In this document: piece after piece, positions 47,384-57,858 of the stretch
Layout of the letters: each line of letters begins with the position of its first letter
Numbering within the stretch: position 1 is the first letter of the stretch
NCBI GenBank assembly: GCA_965223425.1
Contig: OZ245003.1
Span: forward strand, 2,368,001 to 2,432,000
Source: Nitrosopumilus sp.
Lineage (GTDB): Archaea; Thermoproteota; Nitrososphaeria; Nitrososphaerales; Nitrosopumilaceae
Length of the DNA stretch: 64,000 nt
Direction: 5' to 3'
Program-made: the position numbers and the translations under genes
Notes under the pieces: generated by a model
The model's input: the letters and a program-made list of their open reading frames with translations, nothing else
Told to the model about the DNA's origin: nothing
Databases searched by the model: none

Positions 47384-48549
47384 TCAAGATCATCGTCCAA
47401 TGAGTCCAGCAGGCGCACCACCTCATTGTGTCTCTCGGTATTAAGGAGCAGCAGATCTTGGTCAGCAGTACCTGTTTTGAGATCTTCTCTCTCAAGGATA
47501 ATTTCTAGCAGGATTTTTTTGGCAGACTCTATCTGTAAAAGTATGTCCTGTCCATGCTGTGTTCTGAGTGTGGGTTTGGCAATGTCAGGTACGGAATATC
47601 CACGGTTGTCATATGTGGAGACGGTATCAACATCAAAGAATTCTCCAGAATACATCAGGTGGTCTTCGTCATCGATGTGCCGCAGGCCCAGATAGTGTCC
47701 TATTTCGTGCGCAACTGTGTGTTTTAGTGACTCCGTATGGTACAGTTGATAGTCAGAATGGCAGTCGTCGTTTCCCAATCTAATTGTAATTACGTGATTT
47801 TCGGCACTGCCGGATTCTTTATCAAAAACAGTATGCAGTCCCAAGTTACCCGCAGGTATCCATCGCATCCATTCTATGTGCAGGTCTGCATCTGACTCGA
47901 CTATTTCAAATTGGAGAAACGTGTTGGAATATTCCCATGCATATAGGGCATGCTCCAGTGCAGGAGTTGCTAGGTCTGGATCAGCATAGTCTGGAATGTC
48001 AGTGTATGATACAGTATGCGTCTCGTATTCGTGTAGCGATGCAGTGGCGGCTTCAGACTCGCTTCCAAGTTTGATTTTCTCCGGTACGGCATCTACTTCT
48101 TCCCGAGCTTCGTCTGCATATATGGTCTCGTCTACTGCGTTGGCAGGAGGATCGCCTGCTATGTCTGTCTCATCAGACACAATGCCTGCTGCCACAATAG
48201 TCACAAATATGGCAAAGGTTCCAGAACCCAACAACAGTGTCTTGCGTGCACGTGGCGGGTCTACGTGACGCAATCCAAGGTACGCAATGATTCCGCCTAT
48301 GATTGACAGAAATATTGGAAGCAAATACCATGTTCGGCTTGACTTTCTGCCAGATATGGGTGCATCATCTCGTTTCAGGTAGCGAACATGATCAAACATG
48401 TCATATACATAATCAATATCGTCCTGACGGATGTCGTTGTCTAAAATCCTGTTTCTTATGCGAACCAATCTATCTAGATCACCGATCTCCAGCCTTTGCA
48501 GTGCGCTTATCATGTTCAGTATGTCGTTTGTTTTTCGCTCCGTCATCAT
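47341..48549 (-). CDS. Membrane-anchored matrixin-like Zn metalloprotease
   Basis: HEIGHYLGLRH and Met-turn LMY; WYLLPIF TM motif. Confidence 0.85.
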   Translation of the reverse strand: MMTERKTNDILNMISALQRLEIGDLDRLVRIRNRILDNDIRQDDIDYVYDMFDHVRYLKRDDAPISGRKSSRTWYLLPIFLSIIGGIIAYLGLRHVDPPRARKTLLLGSGTFAIFVTIVAAGIVSDETDIAGDPPANAVDETIYADEAREEVDAVPEKIKLGSESEAATASLHEYETHTVSYTDIPDYADPDLATPALEHALYAWEYSNTFLQFEIVESDADLHIEWMRWIPAGNLGLHTVFDKESGSAENHVITIRLGNDDCHSDYQLYHTESLKHTVAHEIGHYLGLRHIDDEDHLMYSGEFFDVDTVSTYDNRGYSVPDIAKPTLRTQHGQDILLQIESAKKILLEIILEREDLKTGTADQDLLLLNTERHNEVVRLLDSLDDDLECVEISGKYLPRLK

Positions 48550-49194
48550 GCGTTACAGGTGTTGTGATTATTTCATTGTTTTCTCCAATATGAAAACAGG
48601 AAGTTGTACCGTAAGCGTACAATAACAATTGTTGACTTGTTCAATCAAAATGATAGCCAACAGTATGATTGGATCGTCATAGATCATCATGATTTTGGAG
48701 CCTGTGAAGAATGTGTAAAACATGTAAAACTAAAACATGTTCAAAAACATAAAAAATTTCTAAAGAATTGTGATGGATCTATGTGGAATTTTATTTTCGA
48801 CTAAATCGAGTAACTATTGTATTGACGATAGATAATTTCCCGGGGTTTCTGGAGGCCTGACAAACTAAAGTTAGGGATTTGTGCTTTGAAACCAATTAAA
48901 TTGATTTTCATGGTCACTGATGTTAAAGTGGAATCTCATCCATTACATTATCACAGGAAGAACTGGTATAGCGAAGTGGAGTTTGGACAACAAGAAAAAT
49001 CACATGCCCATATAAGCTAACAGATAGAATTCTTTCCGTAGTCCATTGATTGACACAATGCACAGCAAGGTAGTTTGTTGCATAACTTGGATCCTAGGCA
49101 CGAAATTTACCCAACTTTTGACTGGCTTAGGCGTGTTATACAACAAACTATAATTTTCTAAATTCTTTTATTTGTTGAATGTTTAGAAATATTT

Positions 49195-49398
49195 GTGACC
49201 TATGAGAAAGCCCAAATTATTTACAAAAAACGTCATGGCATAACGGTCAAAACTTGTTGGATTGCAGATATTAAACGAAAACATGGCAAGACCAAACACG
49301 AATCTTGGAATAGAATAGGAATAAAACCAAAATATCCGTGCCCTGATAATATATTTCCAAAACTTGAGAAAATTCTTAAAGAATTGAATATGGTTTGA
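49195..49398 (+). CDS. Small basic hypothetical protein
   Basis: 67 aa; VKTCWIADIKRKHG and YPCP. Confidence 0.5.
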   Translation: MTYEKAQIIYKKRHGITVKTCWIADIKRKHGKTKHESWNRIGIKPKYPCPDNIFPKLEKILKELNMV

Positions 49399-49505
49399 TC
49401 AGCACCTGCCTAGAGTAACACTCGATTCAATTTATGCAAAACACCCTCCAAAGTACCAGTGTAGTACAATTGGTTTAAATTAATAACATTTGATTCCAAG
49501 CTGGA

Positions 49506-50501
49506 TTGATAGTAATAGACGAGGACAGGATCTTCAAGGAGATTGAAGGCAAAAACCCGGCATCAGTTTCATTAAACGGCCCTGATGGAATTTTGCCCCA
49601 AGTCCAAGAAACCGCTATGAAAATCACAGAAAAGTTCGGAATACCGGCTTACGTCTTGGCAGACACGACATGGGGAACCTGTGATCTGAATTCAAACGGC
49701 TCCAAAGTGCTCGGAGCAGAAATTCAGTTTAACATAGGACACACAATAAACACCGAATCATTAGAAAAGAATCTAGTCTTAATTGACGCATTTGATGATG
49801 TTGAGTTTGATGGTGTCGCAAAAAAATGCGCCGGCATCTTGAAAGAAAAAACAGTTTCACTAGTTACAGACAGCCAGCATCTGCATAAAGTAGACAAGGT
49901 TGAAAAAATTTTAACAGAAAACGGAATTAACGTAAAGGTTGGAAAAGGCAAGGGACAGCTAAACGATGGCCAGGTGTTTGGTTGTGAATTTTATCCCGCG
50001 ACAGATCTAAAAAAAGAAGTTGATGCCTATGTGTTTCTAGGACAGAGCAATTTCCATGCAGCAGGAATTGCACTGTCAACGAACCTGCCAACCTATGTTT
50101 TGGATCCTTACTTTAATGAGGTAAGGGAAGTTACAGAATTTGCACAAAAGCTAAAAAAAAAGGCCACACTTGCAGTATACAAAGCAGCTGAGGCAAAGTC
50201 ATTTGGGGTCATTGTCGGATTAAAGGAAGGGCAGCTATCCAAGGTGTTTGCCTTGAAGATCAAAAAAGAGTTAGAAAAAGAAGGAAAGCAGGTTCAATTG
50301 TTTGCACTGACTGACATCACAAATGAAAGGTTAAGAAATCTCAAGGGAATCGACGCCTTTGTTCAGGTGGCATGCCCGCGAATTTCCACAGACAACCAAT
50401 TTGACAAGCCTGTGCTGTCTACGCCCCAGGCAAACGCCCTTCTCAAAATTCTGCGAAACGAAAGCATTGAGGGGTATTTAGAAATTCCACACTGGCTGTA
50501 A
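49506..50501 (+). CDS. dph2: Diphthamide biosynthesis radical-SAM-type enzyme
   Basis: TWGTCD, GQVFGC and QVACPRI (three Fe-S Cys). Confidence 0.93.
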   Translation: MIVIDEDRIFKEIEGKNPASVSLNGPDGILPQVQETAMKITEKFGIPAYVLADTTWGTCDLNSNGSKVLGAEIQFNIGHTINTESLEKNLVLIDAFDDVEFDGVAKKCAGILKEKTVSLVTDSQHLHKVDKVEKILTENGINVKVGKGKGQLNDGQVFGCEFYPATDLKKEVDAYVFLGQSNFHAAGIALSTNLPTYVLDPYFNEVREVTEFAQKLKKKATLAVYKAAEAKSFGVIVGLKEGQLSKVFALKIKKELEKEGKQVQLFALTDITNERLRNLKGIDAFVQVACPRISTDNQFDKPVLSTPQANALLKILRNESIEGYLEIPHWL

Positions 50502-51101
50502 TCAGGACACCAGTCTTTTAAATCTGGAATAATCAGATAGTTTATCAAACAACTCAGATTTTTTTGCCTTTGCTTTGTATTGCATTCCTTGAGAAACTGC
50601 GTGCTCAAGGGAATCAAGTGCCTCATCAAATTTTGACAGCATTGCAAGATCACATGATTTATCAAGCAAGACATCACCGTTATCCGGATAATCCTTTAGA
50701 ATAACATTGCAGCATGAAAGCGATTCGTCAAATTTTTCCATAGAAAACAGAATTCGCTCTTTATGATACAAGACAACATTGTATTTCGGATTGTCATGTA
50801 AAATTTTCTCACACAACGACAATGCCTCAGCAAAATTCCCTTTTTTTCGAAGAGAGGATATTTTATTAGTCAACACGGAAAGGTCGTCAGGATATCTCTG
50901 CAAGGCAGCATCATAACACCTCATCGCACTATCAAAATCTTTGAGCTTGCTTAGAGCATATCCCTTGTTGTTAAGGGAGCTGAGGTTATCCGGGCAATCT
51001 CTTAGAATTCTGTCATAATATGAGATTGCCTCTTTTAGCTTGCCCTGGAGAAACAGTCTGTTTCCTTCATCTAAAATTGGGTTTGTTTTAGGATCTGCCA
51101 T
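50502..51101 (-). CDS. TPR-repeat protein
   Basis: Repeated NKG.AL...A...YD motifs. Confidence 0.88.
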   Translation of the reverse strand: MADPKTNPILDEGNRLFLQGKLKEAISYYDRILRDCPDNLSSLNNKGYALSKLKDFDSAMRCYDAALQRYPDDLSVLTNKISSLRKKGNFAEALSLCEKILHDNPKYNVVLYHKERILFSMEKFDESLSCCNVILKDYPDNGDVLLDKSCDLAMLSKFDEALDSLEHAVSQGMQYKAKAKKSELFDKLSDYSRFKRLVS

Positions 51102-51102
51102 G

Positions 51103-52272
51103 TCAATCAGAGTTTGGTTTCATCAGGATTTTTCCAAAAAGGCCTTTGCCTTTGAGCATTTTTGCGTGAGCTTCTGCTGCCTGTTCAAGCAGATATGTCG
51201 AGTCAATTACAGATTTTATTTTCCCCTGAGACATCCAGTAAAGGCCTTGTTCCAGCTCAGCTCTGGTTCCCTGGGTTGAGCCCAAAATGTTGATTCCCTT
51301 GAAAAAAATGTGACGCAGGTCAGTTGGGGCATCATAGCCTGTCGTGGCCCCGGTAGTTACAATCGTTCCGCCATAGTTTAGCAAAGTCAGCTCTTTATTC
51401 CAATGGGATCCACCAATGTGCTCAAAAATTACATCAACCCCAGGTACGTCACCGCAGGGCTTTGAAATCTTTTTTGAAATCGCTCTGACTTCTTTGTGCC
51501 AGTCGTTATTTCTATGGTCTATCGCATAGTCAGCGCCCAGTTCCAATAATTTATTTAATTTATCAGGACTGGCAGTGGCAATTACAGTACATCCAAAAAG
51601 TTTTGCAATCTGAATTCCATAGTTTCCAACGCCAGAGCTTCCGCCCATGACCAAAACCAGTTGTCCGGGATGAATTTCTGCCCTGCCAACAAGCATGTGC
51701 CACGATGTAACTAGCGTCATGGAGGCAGCAGCTGCATCATCATATGACACGGCATCAGGAATCCTCACGACATTAGCTTCGGGAAGGTGGGCCTCCTCGC
51801 AGTATCCCCCCCAAAGCGGACCGGTTTGAAACCCCCAAATTGTCCGGCTTTTACAGTCGTATTCCCGTCCACCAGTACATGCCTTGCAGACTCTGCACGA
51901 GATGTTTCCATGGGATACCACCCTGTCCCCAACTTTGATGTTTTTTACATCACTGCCGACTTTGATGACCTCTCCTGCAGCATCTGTTCCAGAAATGTGG
52001 GGCAGCGGAACTGCCAAGGGCTTTCCCCTCATTCCCCAGATGTCATCATAGTTCAGCGACGCTGCCTTGACCTTGAAAACGACTTCACGGGGTTTTGGTT
52101 CAGGGGAAGGAATGTCTCTGATTTTCAAGATTTTAGAAAAATCATCATTCTCAGCATATCGATCATATACCAGGGCCTTCATGATTTTTTTCAAGTTTTT
52201 AGAGATATATGATTTGCCAATATCGTCTTTCAGAAGACCACAAACAATTATAATCACAACAGCAAAAATCAC
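51103..52272 (-). CDS. Zn-binding medium-chain dehydrogenase/reductase (start likely ~52182)
   Basis: MKALVY, GTDAAGEV, CRVCKAC..C and GGSSGVG motifs. Confidence 0.9.
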   Translation of the reverse strand: MIFAVVIIIVCGLLKDDIGKSYISKNLKKIMKALVYDRYAENDDFSKILKIRDIPSPEPKPREVVFKVKAASLNYDDIWGMRGKPLAVPLPHISGTDAAGEVIKVGSDVKNIKVGDRVVSHGNISCRVCKACTGGREYDCKSRTIWGFQTGPLWGGYCEEAHLPEANVVRIPDAVSYDDAAAASMTLVTSWHMLVGRAEIHPGQLVLVMGGSSGVGNYGIQIAKLFGCTVIATASPDKLNKLLELGADYAIDHRNNDWHKEVRAISKKISKPCGDVPGVDVIFEHIGGSHWNKELTLLNYGGTIVTTGATTGYDAPTDLRHIFFKGINILGSTQGTRAELEQGLYWMSQGKIKSVIDSTYLLEQAAEAHAKMLKGKGLFGKILMKPNSD

Positions 52273-52275
52273 AGC

Positions 52276-52827
52276 ATGTCAGATAGTGCGGTATTTCCAG
52301 GTGACAAGATAGCATCCATTGAGGAATACGAGGCCGGATACAACACCTTTGATGATGGGGACATGGTCAGAGCAGCAACGGTTGGACAAAAAGACATCGA
52401 CAATGCAACGCGAACTGCCAGCATCAGACATCCAAAATACTTGTCAATTCCAAAGGTGGGGGACACCATTATTGGAACAGTCGCAGCAGTAATGTCATCC
52501 ATGATTGCAGTAGCAATAGACTACATCAATGGAAAACCCACCACATCAAAAGTAGAGTGCATATGCTCGATACGAAACATTAGAAGGAAAAACGTGGCAC
52601 TGGTTAACGACATAGTAACAGTGAAGATAATTAATCATCTTAACGGAACAATTCACGCAACACTTGAAGAGCCGCAGTGCGGCGTACTATTCACAAAATG
52701 TAGAAAGTGCGGGGGCAGGGTCGTTCCAATGCGCGATGCCATAAAATGTACAGAGTGCTCTTGGATTGACGAGAGAAAGATTTCTACAAATTTTGGCAAC
52801 AGTGATTTTGTAAAGCTGAGAGAGTAA
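52276..52827 (+). CDS. csl4: Exosome complex RNA-binding protein Csl4
   Basis: VFPGD...EEY, S1 domain, Zn ribbon CRKC..CTEC, ERKIS. Confidence 0.92.
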   Translation: MSDSAVFPGDKIASIEEYEAGYNTFDDGDMVRAATVGQKDIDNATRTASIRHPKYLSIPKVGDTIIGTVAAVMSSMIAVAIDYINGKPTTSKVECICSIRNIRRKNVALVNDIVTVKIINHLNGTIHATLEEPQCGVLFTKCRKCGGRVVPMRDAIKCTECSWIDERKISTNFGNSDFVKLRE

Positions 52828-52830
52828 GAA

Positions 52831-53649
52831 ATGATACGTCGTGTTTCGTTCCAAGGCGAACGGGGGGCATACAGTGAAGCCGCGGCAAGATCGTTTTTTA
52901 ACGAAGAAAGTGAGACGGTTCCCCTTGCAACATTTGCAGAAGTTTTAGAAAGCACGTCTACTGGTAAAACAGAGTATGCAGTTCTGCCCGTGGAGAATTC
53001 ATTGGAGGGAAGTGTCGGCGAGAGCTATGATCTATTGTACTCAACATCCCTGAATGCCACAGGCGAGATTTATCACAGGGTAGAGCACTGTCTAATCGGA
53101 ATTGGAAGGTTGGAACAGGTAGATACCGTGTATTCGCATCCTCAGGCACTAGGCCAGTGCAGGAAATTTATCGAGCAGCACGGCATGAAAACAATTCCTG
53201 CATATGATACGGCAGGCAGCGTAAGAATTGTCAAGGAACTTGGCAAGAAGAATTGCGCATGCATAGCCAGCAGAACAGCCTCATCCATACACGATGTGCC
53301 TGTTATTTCTGAAAATATCGCAAATAACCTGAACAACTATACGAGATTTTTGATATTGTCAAAAAAAGAATCTCCGGAAACGGGAAACGACAAAACCTCG
53401 ATTATTTTTTCCATCAAGCACGAGCCGGGTTCGTTATACAGAACAATGGAGAATTTCTACAAAAACAATGTCAACCTTACAAAAATAGAATCAAGGCCGA
53501 CTAAAGCAAACACATGGGAGTACAACTTCCATGTAGATTTTGAGGGTCACAGGAAAGAAACGCAGATTTCAGAGATGCTAGACAAGATAAGGCAAGAGAC
53601 GCTCTTCATGAAAGTTTTGGGTTCGTATCCTTCTGCAAAACTAGGCTAA
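52831..53649 (+). CDS. pheA: Prephenate dehydratase
   Basis: QGERGAYSE, PVENSLEG, SHPQALGQC, NYTRF and IESRP motifs. Confidence 0.95.
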   Translation: MIRRVSFQGERGAYSEAAARSFFNEESETVPLATFAEVLESTSTGKTEYAVLPVENSLEGSVGESYDLLYSTSLNATGEIYHRVEHCLIGIGRLEQVDTVYSHPQALGQCRKFIEQHGMKTIPAYDTAGSVRIVKELGKKNCACIASRTASSIHDVPVISENIANNLNNYTRFLILSKKESPETGNDKTSIIFSIKHEPGSLYRTMENFYKNNVNLTKIESRPTKANTWEYNFHVDFEGHRKETQISEMLDKIRQETLFMKVLGSYPSAKLG

Positions 53650-54113
53650 AACCCCTTGGGCTTTCTCAGTGTAAACCCCATGCTAAACCCAATGATGACC
53701 ATCCCCGAAATAATTACCATGAGATCATATGTGAACCAGATCGGATCAGAGCTTCTAACTAAAACTCCCGTAATTTCTAATTCCTTGTTACCAGTATTTT
53801 GGATCTGGATTTTTGTTTCACCATCTGCCATATGAGTCCAGTCCAAATCCAGTTCGTCCTTGTAGGAGGTTTTTGGAATTATCAATCCCCCATCGGGACT
53901 CTCAAGTTTGAGATCAAAAGTATTGCCAACAATTCTCATATTTTGTTCGGTGTGAGCTGGTGCAGGAATTATGTAAACTGTGGAATCACCAACTCCTACC
54001 ACGTAGTTTTCATTAATGGTGATTAGTCCAACATGTGAAACTAAGGAAATGCCGCCAATTGCAATAATTGCACTTCCAACTACCAGGCCTATAATAGTTC
54101 TTTTGGACATCAT
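53646..54113 (-). CDS. Hypothetical membrane protein
   Basis: N- and C-terminal hydrophobic helices. Confidence 0.7.
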   Translation of the reverse strand: MMSKRTIIGLVVGSAIIAIGGISLVSHVGLITINENYVVGVGDSTVYIIPAPAHTEQNMRIVGNTFDLKLESPDGGLIIPKTSYKDELDLDWTHMADGETKIQIQNTGNKELEITGVLVRSSDPIWFTYDLMVIISGMVIIGFSMGFTLRKPKGF

Positions 54114-54148
54114 GAATCATTGATTCTAGGTACTGCTTAAAAAATTAT

Positions 54149-55579
54149 CTACATCAAGGAGACATCATGAGGCTGACTTTCTGCAAATCCAGCTCTTGAC
54201 ATTTTGATAAATTCTGCATTTTCCTGCATTTGAGGAATTGTATGTGCACCGCAATAGCTCAATCCAGAACGCACGCCACCCGTAAGTTGTTTTAGAATAT
54301 CAGTCACAGTTCCCTTGTAAGGAACCATAGCCTCTACTCCCTCGGCAACGTAGTCATTGAGATCATCATCAAGCGAAATGGAGCCAGTCTCCTTTGACTT
54401 TCTGCCAATTGAGGCTGCAAGAGAGGCCATTCCACGGTAAACCTTGAAGCGTTTTCCATTTTTAGTCAAGACGGTGCCCGGTGACTCGTCAGTGCCTCCA
54501 AGCATGCTGCCTACCATTACAGATGAAGCCCCGGCAGCCAGCGCTTTTGTTGCATCGCCAGAAGTTCTTGTACCGCCGTCAGAAATTATTGGAATGCCGT
54601 GATCTTTACCAACTTTTGCACAGTCCATTACGGCAGTCAGTTGGGGCACGCCAGAACCGGTAATGACTCTAGTAATACAGATTGAACCAGAGCCTACGCC
54701 GACTTTTACTGCATCAACTCCTGCCTTTATCAGATCTTCAGCTCCGTGGGCAGTTGCGATGTTACCTGCAATTAACTCACAGTCTGGAAACGCTTTTTTG
54801 ATGTTACGAATCGTGTTTAATTCATTTTCACTGTGGCCATGTGCTATGTCAACAACAAGCACGTCAGCGCCTGCCTCCAGAAGGGATTCGCTTCTTTCCA
54901 AAAAGTCACCCTTTACACCAACTGCTGCCCCAACTAACGGTCTTCCTTTCTTATCTTTGGACGCATTTGGATAGTTGGCATTGTTTGTAATGTCCTTACT
55001 TGTAATCAAACCTTTGATAATTCCCGAGTCATCAACTATTGGCAGTTTTTCGATTCTATGTTCGTGCAAAATGGATTTTGCCTCATCCAGCGTAACGCCA
55101 GGTTTTGCAGTTACGACATCCTTTGTCATAACGTCATGAACGGGGTTGTTTGGATCGGCAAACAGTAAATCCCTTTCAGTTATTATTCCCACTAGTTTAG
55201 AATTGGAATCGACTACCAAAAGACCGGAAATTTCTTTGTCTTCTGCATGGTCTAAGGCATCCTGTACGGATTTATCAGAAGAGATGGAATACGGGTTTTC
55301 TATCATTACGCTGCCTGAGCGTTTTACCTTGAGAACCTCGTTGGATTGTTCTTGGATGCTCAAGAATCTATGAATGATTCCCAGACCTCCGGCACGGGCC
55401 ATCGTTACTGCCATGGACGACTCAGTGACAGTATCCATGTTTGCACTTACAAAAGGAATGTTAATTGAGATGTTTTTGGACAGTTTGGTACTTAGATCGG
55501 TCTGGCTTCTGCTTGTAATGTCTGAATATTTGGGTACAAGAAGAACGTCGTCAAAAGTTAATCCTTCTCTGAATTCCAA
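54149..55579 (-). CDS. guaB: IMP dehydrogenase
   Basis: [11 protein letters not shown] pair, GSGSICIT and YRGM motifs. Confidence 0.97.
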   Translation of the reverse strand: MEFREGLTFDDVLLVPKYSDITSRSQTDLSTKLSKNISINIPFVSANMDTVTESSMAVTMARAGGLGIIHRFLSIQEQSNEVLKVKRSGSVMIENPYSISSDKSVQDALDHAEDKEISGLLVVDSNSKLVGIITERDLLFADPNNPVHDVMTKDVVTAKPGVTLDEAKSILHEHRIEKLPIVDDSGIIKGLITSKDITNNANYPNASKDKKGRPLVGAAVGVKGDFLERSESLLEAGADVLVVDIAHGHSENELNTIRNIKKAFPDCELIAGNIATAHGAEDLIKAGVDAVKVGVGSGSICITRVITGSGVPQLTAVMDCAKVGKDHGIPIISDGGTRTSGDATKALAAGASSVMVGSMLGGTDESPGTVLTKNGKRFKVYRGMASLAASIGRKSKETGSISLDDDLNDYVAEGVEAMVPYKGTVTDILKQLTGGVRSGLSYCGAHTIPQMQENAEFIKMSRAGFAESQPHDVSLM

Positions 55580-55609
55580 TGAAACCTTGTTAGGGAAGTT
55601 AAATATTGA

Positions 55610-56656
55610 TTATAAGCCTTTGTGTTGCTTTGATAGTCTTGAAGCTACCGTTATTGCCTCACTGGTGGCCTCAACGTTATGAGTGCGAATAATGTCAGCA
55701 CCATTCATGACAGACGCGGCCTCTGCAGCTATCGAGCCGATCAGCCGATCAGACGGATTTTTTTTGCCTAAAAGATTTCCCAAAAAGGATTTGTTTGAGA
55801 CTGAGATCAGTATCGGATGGCTTTGCTTTATGGATTTCAAGTTTTTAATGATGGACAGATCCCTTTCCACCCAGTCTGATCTAATTTTTGTAAAAAACGG
55901 TCCACGTCCAGTTTTTCGAAAGAATCCTATCGCGGGATCCAATACAATTTTTTCAGATGAAATGCGGGATTTTTTTGCAATCTGCAAGCTGTCCCTAAGA
56001 AGCTTTTTGGTTGCAGTTACAGCATTCCCAAAGACAGGTTTGGAGCTGTATGCACATAAAATTAGAGAGGGGGCGTATTCTGAGACGACATCTTGCATTT
56101 TTCCATCATATTTTAATCCAGAAACATCATTGATTATTTCAACACCGTGTTCTAACGCATCCCCGGCAGCCTTGGCCCTGCATGTATCAACGGAGATTGG
56201 AAGGTTAGAAACATTCTGAATTATTTTAACTGCGTCAAGAACTCTGCTTGATTCGAGTTTTTCTGAAATTGTAGTGGACAGATACGGAGCAGTGGACATG
56301 CCTCCGACATCGACAAAATCTGCACCCTCGTTTTCCATCTGTTTTACGGCATCTTTTATTTGAGTTTTGGTTGTGCGAACAGATTTTTTGTAAAACGATT
56401 CGGGACTAGCGTTTAGGATTCCCATTATGCGTACAGGGCTTTTTCCGCCTACTTGCACATTTCCAATTCTAGCCACATGGTTTATCAAAAACCAATCCAA
56501 TTTGAGTGGTAGGATGATTTCAGGTTGGAAAAAGAGATATTCGGATATTTTAAAAGAATTCAGGTACAGCAAAACAAAGGACAGGGAATCAGCCGTTCTT
56601 TTGGATTCAATTCTAAGGGGCTCGAATAGTGACAGAAAAATTCTCAATTTGGTCAA
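55610..56656 (-). CDS. folP: Dihydropteroate synthase (start likely ~56477)
   Basis: MGILNASPESF, ISVDT, INDVSG, DPAIGF, SNKSF and IRTHNV motifs. Confidence 0.93.
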   Translation of the reverse strand: MTKLRIFLSLFEPLRIESKRTADSLSFVLLYLNSFKISEYLFFQPEIILPLKLDWFLINHVARIGNVQVGGKSPVRIMGILNASPESFYKKSVRTTKTQIKDAVKQMENEGADFVDVGGMSTAPYLSTTISEKLESSRVLDAVKIIQNVSNLPISVDTCRAKAAGDALEHGVEIINDVSGLKYDGKMQDVVSEYAPSLILCAYSSKPVFGNAVTATKKLLRDSLQIAKKSRISSEKIVLDPAIGFFRKTGRGPFFTKIRSDWVERDLSIIKNLKSIKQSHPILISVSNKSFLGNLLGKKNPSDRLIGSIAAEAASVMNGADIIRTHNVEATSEAITVASRLSKQHKGL

Positions 56657-57245
56657 AGGCAGAACCGTCTTTGTGATAGGCTCCGGCCCTTCCTTATCAG
56701 CTGCCGTTAAAAAATTAAAAGATCATAAAAAAACAATAAAAATTGCAGCAGACAGTTCAGTTAAACCGCTAATAGAAAACGGAGTCATTCCAGACATCGT
56801 TGTTACTGACTTGGACGGGGATGACGACGCATTGAAAAAAATTGCAAGGACAAAGTCGATATTTGTTGTGCATGCACATGGGGACAATATAGAAAAGCTG
56901 GAATTCGCAAAAAAACTGAAAAACTGTATAGGTACGACTCAGTCAGAACCGTTTGGCAAGATTCAAAATTTTGGGGGGTTTACTGATGGGGACAGGGGGG
57001 TTTTTTTAGCTAATCATTATGGTGCAAAAAAAATTATTTTGTTTGGGATGGATTTTGGAGACAGAATTGGAAAATTTTCAAATACAAAAAAAGCCGACAG
57101 AAAAGTAAAACTGATGAAGCTAAAAAGAGGCAAGACACTTTTGGAATGGCTTTCAACCATTACAAGGTCAGAATTATTTACCACATCAAAGCCAATCAAG
57201 GGATTTAAAAAAATACCATACAAAGAACTAGATGCCATCACCTAG
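56427..57245 (+). CDS. mptE: 6-hydroxymethyl-7,8-dihydropterin pyrophosphokinase (start likely 56514)
   Basis: GSGPSL, VTDLDG, HAHGDN and GGFTDGDR motifs; divergent from folP. Confidence 0.88.
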   Translation: MRTGLFPPTCTFPILATWFIKNQSNLSGRMISGWKKRYSDILKEFRYSKTKDRESAVLLDSILRGSNSDRKILNLVKGRTVFVIGSGPSLSAAVKKLKDHKKTIKIAADSSVKPLIENGVIPDIVVTDLDGDDDALKKIARTKSIFVVHAHGDNIEKLEFAKKLKNCIGTTQSEPFGKIQNFGGFTDGDRGVFLANHYGAKKIILFGMDFGDRIGKFSNTKKADRKVKLMKLKRGKTLLEWLSTITRSELFTTSKPIKGFKKIPYKELDAIT

Positions 57246-57281
57246 AATGCATTTAATACCCTATCCCCCATTAAACAGACT

Positions 57282-57854
57282 ATGAAATTCTCCGAAGAGC
57301 AAGTCAAGGACATTGTTACTTTGAAAGAAAATTTGATCAAGCAAATCGACAAGCATCAAAAAGATATAGAGATGTTAGAAAAAAATCTTATAGTTTTGGA
57401 TTTGGTTCTAAAGGAATCCAGCTACACCAAAGCCTCACAACTGCGAAAGGTAAAACCAGAAATCCAAAAAAAGTCAGAGACTGCAGAAAAGCCCGCAGAA
57501 GATTCCATTCCAATCAAGAGGGGAAGCGACGGGAAAGTAATTGCAAATGCGTTTGTCACGCCAGATCAAGTCCGGATAGTTTTAGACGATAAAATCGAGA
57601 TTAGTGATGAAGTACCGCCTTTCAAATCATTTTTCCTAGACAGAATTATTGGGGAAATGAAGAAGAAGGATTCTGCAGAAGCAGATAGCGGGAAGATCCA
57701 AAAGGAATCAATCATTGATTTGATCATAAACAAAAACGGCTCAGACATTAGAGAAATCATTATCAGAAACTATAGGCAGAAGGAAAGGGTAAATGAGCTT
57801 ATCAACACTGCAGGCTGGTCATTAACACGAATGCTTGAAAACATCAACAAGTGA
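57282..57854 (+). CDS. Hypothetical protein
   Basis: 190 aa; N-terminal coiled coil, PPFKSFFL. Confidence 0.75.
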   Translation: MKFSEEQVKDIVTLKENLIKQIDKHQKDIEMLEKNLIVLDLVLKESSYTKASQLRKVKPEIQKKSETAEKPAEDSIPIKRGSDGKVIANAFVTPDQVRIVLDDKIEISDEVPPFKSFFLDRIIGEMKKKDSAEADSGKIQKESIIDLIINKNGSDIREIIIRNYRQKERVNELINTAGWSLTRMLENINK

Positions 57855-57858
57855 TGAT

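Noticed and set aside
48604-49150. Gene or att site at the island 2 right margin
   Set aside because: No convincing ORF and no repeat matching the left margin found by eye
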